Below are positions 58,229 to 64,000 of a DNA stretch of 64,000 nucleotides, piece after piece. The stretch's first letter is position 1, and each line of letters begins with the position of its first letter. Source of the DNA: Planctomycetota bacterium (GTDB lineage: Bacteria > Planctomycetota > B15-G4). The notes below the pieces were generated by a model. The model had not been told where the DNA came from, ran no database searches, and was given only the letters and a program-made list of their open reading frames with translations. The stretch is taken from NCBI GenBank assembly GCA_965248575.1, contig CBDFJQ010000002.1, forward strand, positions 608,001-672,000. Reading direction: 5' to 3'. Both the position numbers and the translations under genes were made by a program.

Positions 58229-58280
58229 GACCTGCACTTGGACCTGTACTGGGGCCTGTACTGGGGCCTGTACTGGGGCC
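58229..58280. repeat. 12-bp tandem repeat (G[AG]CCTG[CT]ACT[GT]G) x4
   Basis: Units at 58229, 58241, 58253, 58265. Confidence 0.85.
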
Positions 58281-58498
58281 CGGAGCGGGCTCAGGTCAGG
58301 CGCGCGGCACTCTAGGCGGCTGGCAGTCCCAATGCGAGTGAAACCCTGGAGTGAGCGGCCGGTGTCGCGGCGAAGCTCCTGCGCACATTGTGCGTAGAAT
58401 CCGCCCAGGAGGCCCCTTTGGCGAAGCGCGGCTCGGGTGTAGTCTGCCGGGGCCCACGCTTGGAGACGTGGCGGAACTCTGGCGAGAGGGTGGTCGAC

Positions 58499-59152
58499 AT
58501 GGACATTCCAGGGGAGGGCGCATCCGAGGGCCGCGATGCCGTCGGTGAAGAGGTCGAGCCCACGGGGTCTCCGAAGGCCCAAGGCGCCCACGATGAGTGC
58601 CAGCTTTGCGGTGTGAAACTCGCACCTGGCACGGCGCGATTCGTCAGCGGCCACGCCGCGTGCGCCGCCTGCGTTGAGCAGCTTCAGGCGGAGGTGAGCG
58701 AGAGCGAGGCAGGTGTGGGGTCCCTGCCCACGGCCTCGCTGGGCGCGCTCGTCGGGGCCTTGCTGGGCGCGGCAGCCTGGGTGGGCATCGTCATCGCGAC
58801 CGAATATGAGGTGGGCTATGTGGCGATCCTGGTGGGCTTCCTGGCCGGGCGTGGCACGGTGCTGGCATCGGGTGGTCGGCACGGGAAGCCCCTGCAGGTG
58901 CTGGCGGGAATCGCTGCGGTGCTTGGCCTGCTCGTGGCCAAGTACGCCCTGCTCGCTCACTATGTCGTGGCGTCGGCGACAGCGGACGATCCAGCAGCGG
59001 CGGTGAGCTACTTCGACCCGTTCATCGTCGAGAATTTCATCCCCTACCTGCGGGAAGACAGCAGCTTCTTTGATGCGTTGTGGATCTTCTTCGCAGTGAC
59101 TGCGGCGTGGCGTCAACCGGCCAGCCCCAGCTTGCATCTCGACGATTCATGA
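58499..59152 (+). CDS. Membrane protein with N-terminal CxxC...CxxC zinc ribbon
   Basis: CQLC and CAAC pairs, then about four TMs; ATGA overlap with next gene. Confidence 0.72.
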   Translation: MDIPGEGASEGRDAVGEEVEPTGSPKAQGAHDECQLCGVKLAPGTARFVSGHAACAACVEQLQAEVSESEAGVGSLPTASLGALVGALLGAAAWVGIVIATEYEVGYVAILVGFLAGRGTVLASGGRHGKPLQVLAGIAAVLGLLVAKYALLAHYVVASATADDPAAAVSYFDPFIVENFIPYLREDSSFFDALWIFFAVTAAWRQPASPSLHLDDS

Positions 59153-60198
59153 CGGACGTGGAGCCCAAGTCAGCGCTGCAACGCCTAGCGGAGTTGGAGC
59201 GTGGCGGCCAACCGGGGCGACAAGCTGCCTCGCCGGGCGGCGGGCGATCGGCGGGCAGGCCAGCGGCTGGCGGCGTCGTCGTCGGAGGCAGCGCCCCACG
59301 GCGTCGCGTGGGCCTGGGCGGCGCGATCGCGGTGGTGGCCTTGATGCTCTGGAAGTTCAAGGCGGTGCTGCTGATCGGGCTCAGCAAGTTCAAGTTCATC
59401 CTGGCCGGTTTGAAGCTCGTGAAGTTCGGCAACTTGCTGACCACGAGCTCCACGATGCTGCTGAGCATGTGGGCCTATTCGATGTTCTTCGGCGCGCCCT
59501 TCGCCATCGGCTTCGTGCTGCTGATCCTAGTGCATGAGCTCGGTCATGGAATCGCTGCGAAGGCCATCGGCCTGCCCGTCGGCGCACCCATCTTCATTCC
59601 CTTCTTCGGTGCGGTGATCGCCCTCAAGGCGCGTCCGCGTACGGGCTTCCAGGACTTCGTCATCGGCGCGGGTGGGCCCTTGGCCGGAACGCTGGGAGGC
59701 CTGCTCTGCCTCGGGTTGGCGCAGACGGTGGCTGAGGACTGGGCCGGCCTGCTCACGGTGCTGGCCTTCTTCACGCTGATGATCAACTTGTTCAACCTGA
59801 TCCCGGTCTGGCAGCTGGATGGTGCGCGCATGTCAGCGCTCTTCTCGGGGGGCATGTGGGGCTTGGCGGCGCTGGTCCTGGCGGGCGGGACCTTCTGGCT
59901 TTCCGGGCTGACCGGTGAGCTGAACCCCGTGGCTCTGTTGATGGTGCTGCTGGCGGGCTACCGAGCGCTCAGCGCGGGTTGGTCTTGGATCCGAAGTCGG
60001 CGTGCCCAAGAGGTCGTCGCCGGACTCTCAGCTCTCCGGCAGCTTCAGGAGGCGGAACGCCGGAAGGAGAAGGCACGAGACGAGGATGTCACGAACACCC
60101 AACGCTGGATCGCGTGGGGAACCTACGTGGGGCTTGCCCTGGGTCTCGTCGTCTGTGTTCATCTGTTGATGCAGGCTTTGCCCGAACTGCCTGAATAG
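59149..60198 (+). CDS. Site-2 protease (M50) family metalloprotease
   Basis: HELGH, FIPFFGA, GGPLAG, NLFNLIPVWQLDG. Confidence 0.92.
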   Translation: MTDVEPKSALQRLAELERGGQPGRQAASPGGGRSAGRPAAGGVVVGGSAPRRRVGLGGAIAVVALMLWKFKAVLLIGLSKFKFILAGLKLVKFGNLLTTSSTMLLSMWAYSMFFGAPFAIGFVLLILVHELGHGIAAKAIGLPVGAPIFIPFFGAVIALKARPRTGFQDFVIGAGGPLAGTLGGLLCLGLAQTVAEDWAGLLTVLAFFTLMINLFNLIPVWQLDGARMSALFSGGMWGLAALVLAGGTFWLSGLTGELNPVALLMVLLAGYRALSAGWSWIRSRRAQEVVAGLSALRQLQEAERRKEKARDEDVTNTQRWIAWGTYVGLALGLVVCVHLLMQALPELPE

Positions 60199-60326
60199 GT
60201 GGGAGAGCGTCGACGGGGAGCCAGTTCGCGCTTGCTGGTGCGTTCGCGATAGACTGACCGAGATCATCAGCACGTTGCACGGATCGACAGATCGGTACCC
60301 GGACAACCTGCAGCAGCTTTCCTGAG

Positions 60327-62315
60327 GTGTTCCCCGTGTCCGTCGAAGACAGTTCCACGCCCGATTTCAAATCTCTGGGTCTCTCCGAGGAAGTGCTCGC
60401 CACCTTGAGCAAGGTGGGCTACGAGGCGCCCTCGCCGATCCAGGCCAGGACGATCCCGCCGCTCCTGGCTGGGCGCGATGTGATCGGGCAAGCCCAGACC
60501 GGCACTGGCAAGACGGGAGCCTTCGCGCTTCCAATCATCGATCGGCTGGACCTCAAGATCCGCGTGCCCGGGACGCCCCAGGCGCTGGTGCTGGCACCAA
60601 CTCGTGAATTGGCGATCCAGGTGGCCGAGGCCTTCCAACGCTACGCCTCCGGTTCGCCGGGCTTTCATGTGCTGCCCATCTACGGCGGCCAGCCCTACCC
60701 GGCCCAAGTGAGGCCGTTGCAGCGCGGCGTGCACGTGGTGGTGGGCACGCCGGGTCGCGTCATGGATCACATCCGGCGTGGCACGCTCAAGCTGGGCAGT
60801 CTCAAGGCGCTCGTGCTCGACGAAGCCGACGAGATGCTTGCCATGGGGTTCATCGACGACGTCACCTGGATCCTGGAGCAGACGCCACCCGAGCGGCAGA
60901 TCGCGTTGTTCTCCGCCACGATGCCGCCCGCCATCCGCCGTATCACCCGCGAGCACCTCAAGGATCCGGAGGAGATCTCCATCGAGGTGACGGCGCGAGC
61001 GGCGACGACGATCAACCAGCGCTACTTGCACATCTCCCACTTCCACAAGCTGGACGCCCTGACGCGCCTGCTGGAAGTGGAGCCCGTCGAGGGCATGCTG
61101 ATCTTCGTGCGGACCAAGACGGCCACGGTCGAGTTGGCCGAGAAGCTCGAAGCCCGGGGCTACGCCACGGCCGCCTTGAACGGTGACATGGCCCAGCCCC
61201 TGCGCGAGCGGACCGTTGCGCGCTTCAAGGAGGGCAAGCTGGACCTGCTGGTGGCCACGGACGTGGCTGCTCGCGGGTTGGATGTGGAGCGCATTTCGCA
61301 TGTGCTCAACTACGACATCCCGAACGATGCCGGGGTCTACATCCACCGCATCGGCCGCACGGGGCGCGCGGGCCGGACGGGCGAAGCCATCCTCTTCGTG
61401 ACGCCTCGCGAACGACGCATGTTCCACTCCATCGAGCGAACCGTCGGGAAGCCGATGGAGATGATCACGGCGCCGTCCACGGATGAGGTGAACAAGCGCC
61501 GCATTCAGCGCTTCAAGGACCGCATCACCGAGGCGCGAGAGGGGCGACAACTTGCCTTCTTCGAGCAACTGCTCGAGGAGTACATCGAGGAGACCGGGGC
61601 TACGGCCCTGTCCGCAGCGGCGGCCCTGGCCCAGATCGTCCAAGGCACGCAGCCACTGTTGCTGGCCGAGCCGCCCAAGAAGAAGCACAAGCCGGTTGAG
61701 CGACGGGATGGCCAGGCTTACGGAGCCGGTGGGCGTTCGGACAGCCGTCCTGCGCGGCCTGCGCGGCCTAGCCCTTCGGATGCACGCGGGGCCAGCGGCG
61801 CTCCCCACGAGGCGGGCCCGCGGCGCCCCGACAACACCATGCGACCGGGGATGCAGCGCTTCCGGATCGAGGTGGGGCACGAACACGGCGTCAAGCCGGG
61901 CCAGATCATGGGCGCCCTGACGAATGAAGCTGGGCTCGAGGGCCAGCACATCGGGCGCATCGACATCCGCACGAACTTCAGCTTGGTGGACCTGCCGGAA
62001 GGCATGCCGCCCGAGATCTTCAAGGCGCTCCGCAAGACGCGCCTTTGCCGCCAGAACCTGAACATCTCCCGGGACCGCTCCGAAGGCTCCGGTGGGCCTG
62101 GCTACAAAGGCAAAGGCAAGGGCACGCTGAAGTCCAAGCCCATGAAGATGGGCAAGGGCAGCCAGGCCGGTTCACCCAGCTCAGCAAGCTCATCCAGCTC
62201 AGCGGGTTCATCCAGCGCCGGAAGTGCCAAGCCCACGGGCAAGCCGCACAAGAAGCGGGTTCACAATTCGGGGCCGCCCGGCGGCATGAAGCCACCGCGC
62301 AGCCCGCAGAGCTAG
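60327..62315 (+). CDS. deaD: DEAD-box RNA helicase DeaD/CsdA
   Basis: AQTGTGKT, PTRELA, DEAD, SAT, ARGLD, HRIGRTGRAG, DbpA-type RNA-binding domain, basic tail; start 60327 or 60336. Confidence 0.92.
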   Translation: MFPVSVEDSSTPDFKSLGLSEEVLATLSKVGYEAPSPIQARTIPPLLAGRDVIGQAQTGTGKTGAFALPIIDRLDLKIRVPGTPQALVLAPTRELAIQVAEAFQRYASGSPGFHVLPIYGGQPYPAQVRPLQRGVHVVVGTPGRVMDHIRRGTLKLGSLKALVLDEADEMLAMGFIDDVTWILEQTPPERQIALFSATMPPAIRRITREHLKDPEEISIEVTARAATTINQRYLHISHFHKLDALTRLLEVEPVEGMLIFVRTKTATVELAEKLEARGYATAALNGDMAQPLRERTVARFKEGKLDLLVATDVAARGLDVERISHVLNYDIPNDAGVYIHRIGRTGRAGRTGEAILFVTPRERRMFHSIERTVGKPMEMITAPSTDEVNKRRIQRFKDRITEAREGRQLAFFEQLLEEYIEETGATALSAAAALAQIVQGTQPLLLAEPPKKKHKPVERRDGQAYGAGGRSDSRPARPARPSPSDARGASGAPHEAGPRRPDNTMRPGMQRFRIEVGHEHGVKPGQIMGALTNEAGLEGQHIGRIDIRTNFSLVDLPEGMPPEIFKALRKTRLCRQNLNISRDRSEGSGGPGYKGKGKGTLKSKPMKMGKGSQAGSPSSASSSSSAGSSSAGSAKPTGKPHKKRVHNSGPPGGMKPPRSPQS

Positions 62316-62354
62316 GTCAGGGCGTCGGTCGCCCGGCCATCGGCCGCATGCGGC

Positions 62355-62837
62355 TCAGTGGTCGTGTCCGCCCTCGCCGTGCACATGCCCGTGCTCGAGT
62401 TCCTCGGCGGTGGCATCACGCACTTCGACGATCTTCACCTTGAAGTTGAGCGGCACGCCAGCGAGGGGGTGGTTGGCGTCCAACTGGACCTCATCATCAT
62501 CGAGGGCCACAACGGTGAGCACGTGCACGCCCTCTTCGCTCTCGGCCTGCAGCTGCATCCCGACTTCGATCTCCACGCCCTCAGGCATCTGGTCCTTGGC
62601 GACGGACTGGACCATCTCGTCGTCCCGCTCACCGTAGCCGTCGGCGGGGGCGATATGCACGTCCAGCTCATCCCCCTCGGTCTTGCCTTCGAGTTCCTTC
62701 TCGAGGCCCGGGATCAGGTTGCCGATGCCATGGATGTAGGCAAGGGGGGTGCCGTCCTCGGACGTGTCGATGACAGTGCCGTCGTCGTCGGTGAGGGTGT
62801 ACTCGAAGGAGGCAACAGCGTTCTTGGTGATGTTCAC
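62355..62837 (-). CDS. slyD: FKBP-type peptidyl-prolyl isomerase SlyD
   Basis: PLAYIHG..NLIPGLE, YGERD, DANHPLAG, EELEHGHVHGEGGHDH. Confidence 0.93.
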   Translation of the reverse strand: MNITKNAVASFEYTLTDDDGTVIDTSEDGTPLAYIHGIGNLIPGLEKELEGKTEGDELDVHIAPADGYGERDDEMVQSVAKDQMPEGVEIEVGMQLQAESEEGVHVLTVVALDDDEVQLDANHPLAGVPLNFKVKIVEVRDATAEELEHGHVHGEGGHDH

Positions 62838-63028
62838 GGAGTCTTCCTGGCTCTTGGGTCGATGGAATGTGTGGGGCGTCTGCCCTTCAGCCATGAGGCT
62901 CCCCTGCCAACACGGCCCGGGGGCTCTCAGCGCCGGGCGGTCAGTATCCAGAGTGCTTCGCCGAATGCCAGTCCGCGCTGGCCCCATGGCCCAGGGAGAC
63001 GTCTCAGGATGCGGGCAATGAGCTCCGC

Positions 63029-64000
<972 letters not shown>

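Noticed and set aside
1157..61949. Long antisense or alternative-frame ORFs (e.g. 1157-2995, 6066-8141, 41098-42849, 60267-61949)
   Set aside because: Shadows of real genes in high-GC DNA; no family motifs
62100..62230. Short repeats in the deaD 3' end
   Set aside because: Encode a low-complexity KG/Ser-rich tail typical of DEAD-box helicases
62316..62354. Intrinsic terminator between deaD and slyD
   Set aside because: Only short GC stems and no U-tract on either strand

Overview
GC-rich bacterial chromosomal segment with about 43 tightly packed protein-coding genes and no recognisable rRNA, intact tRNA, CRISPR array, integrase or transposase. The gene content (ECF sigma beside a Ser/Thr kinase-WD40 protein, FG-GAP/DCN-repeat proteins, a secreted QW-repeat prenyltransferase-like protein, many SGNH proteins) suggests Planctomycetota; this is an inference. 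Recognisable genes: M20 amidohydrolase, ABC-F, BoxD/PaaZ-like aldehyde dehydrogenase, homocysteine S-methyltransferase, PsrA-like TetR plus tripartite RND pump, EEP-ClsB, dynamin-like GTPase, OmpR-type regulator, TlpA redoxin, Lhr helicase, MBOAT plus SGNH partner, CDF, DUF368, delta-9 desaturase, site-2 protease, DeaD, SlyD, SulP. The most notable signal is an approximately 120-aa C-terminal domain shared by at least three, probably four or five, unrelated secreted proteins (M14 peptidase, M10 protease, esterases); it is a candidate lineage-specific export or surface-sorting domain. Also notable are a Cx5R phosphatase/sulfurtransferase-cytochrome c' fusion lipoprotein, a coupled coiled-coil lipoprotein and QW-barrel enzyme pair, and an 11-bp tandem array resembling tRNA T-arms next to PsrA-like operators. 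All assignments come from motif recognition by eye; no searches were run.
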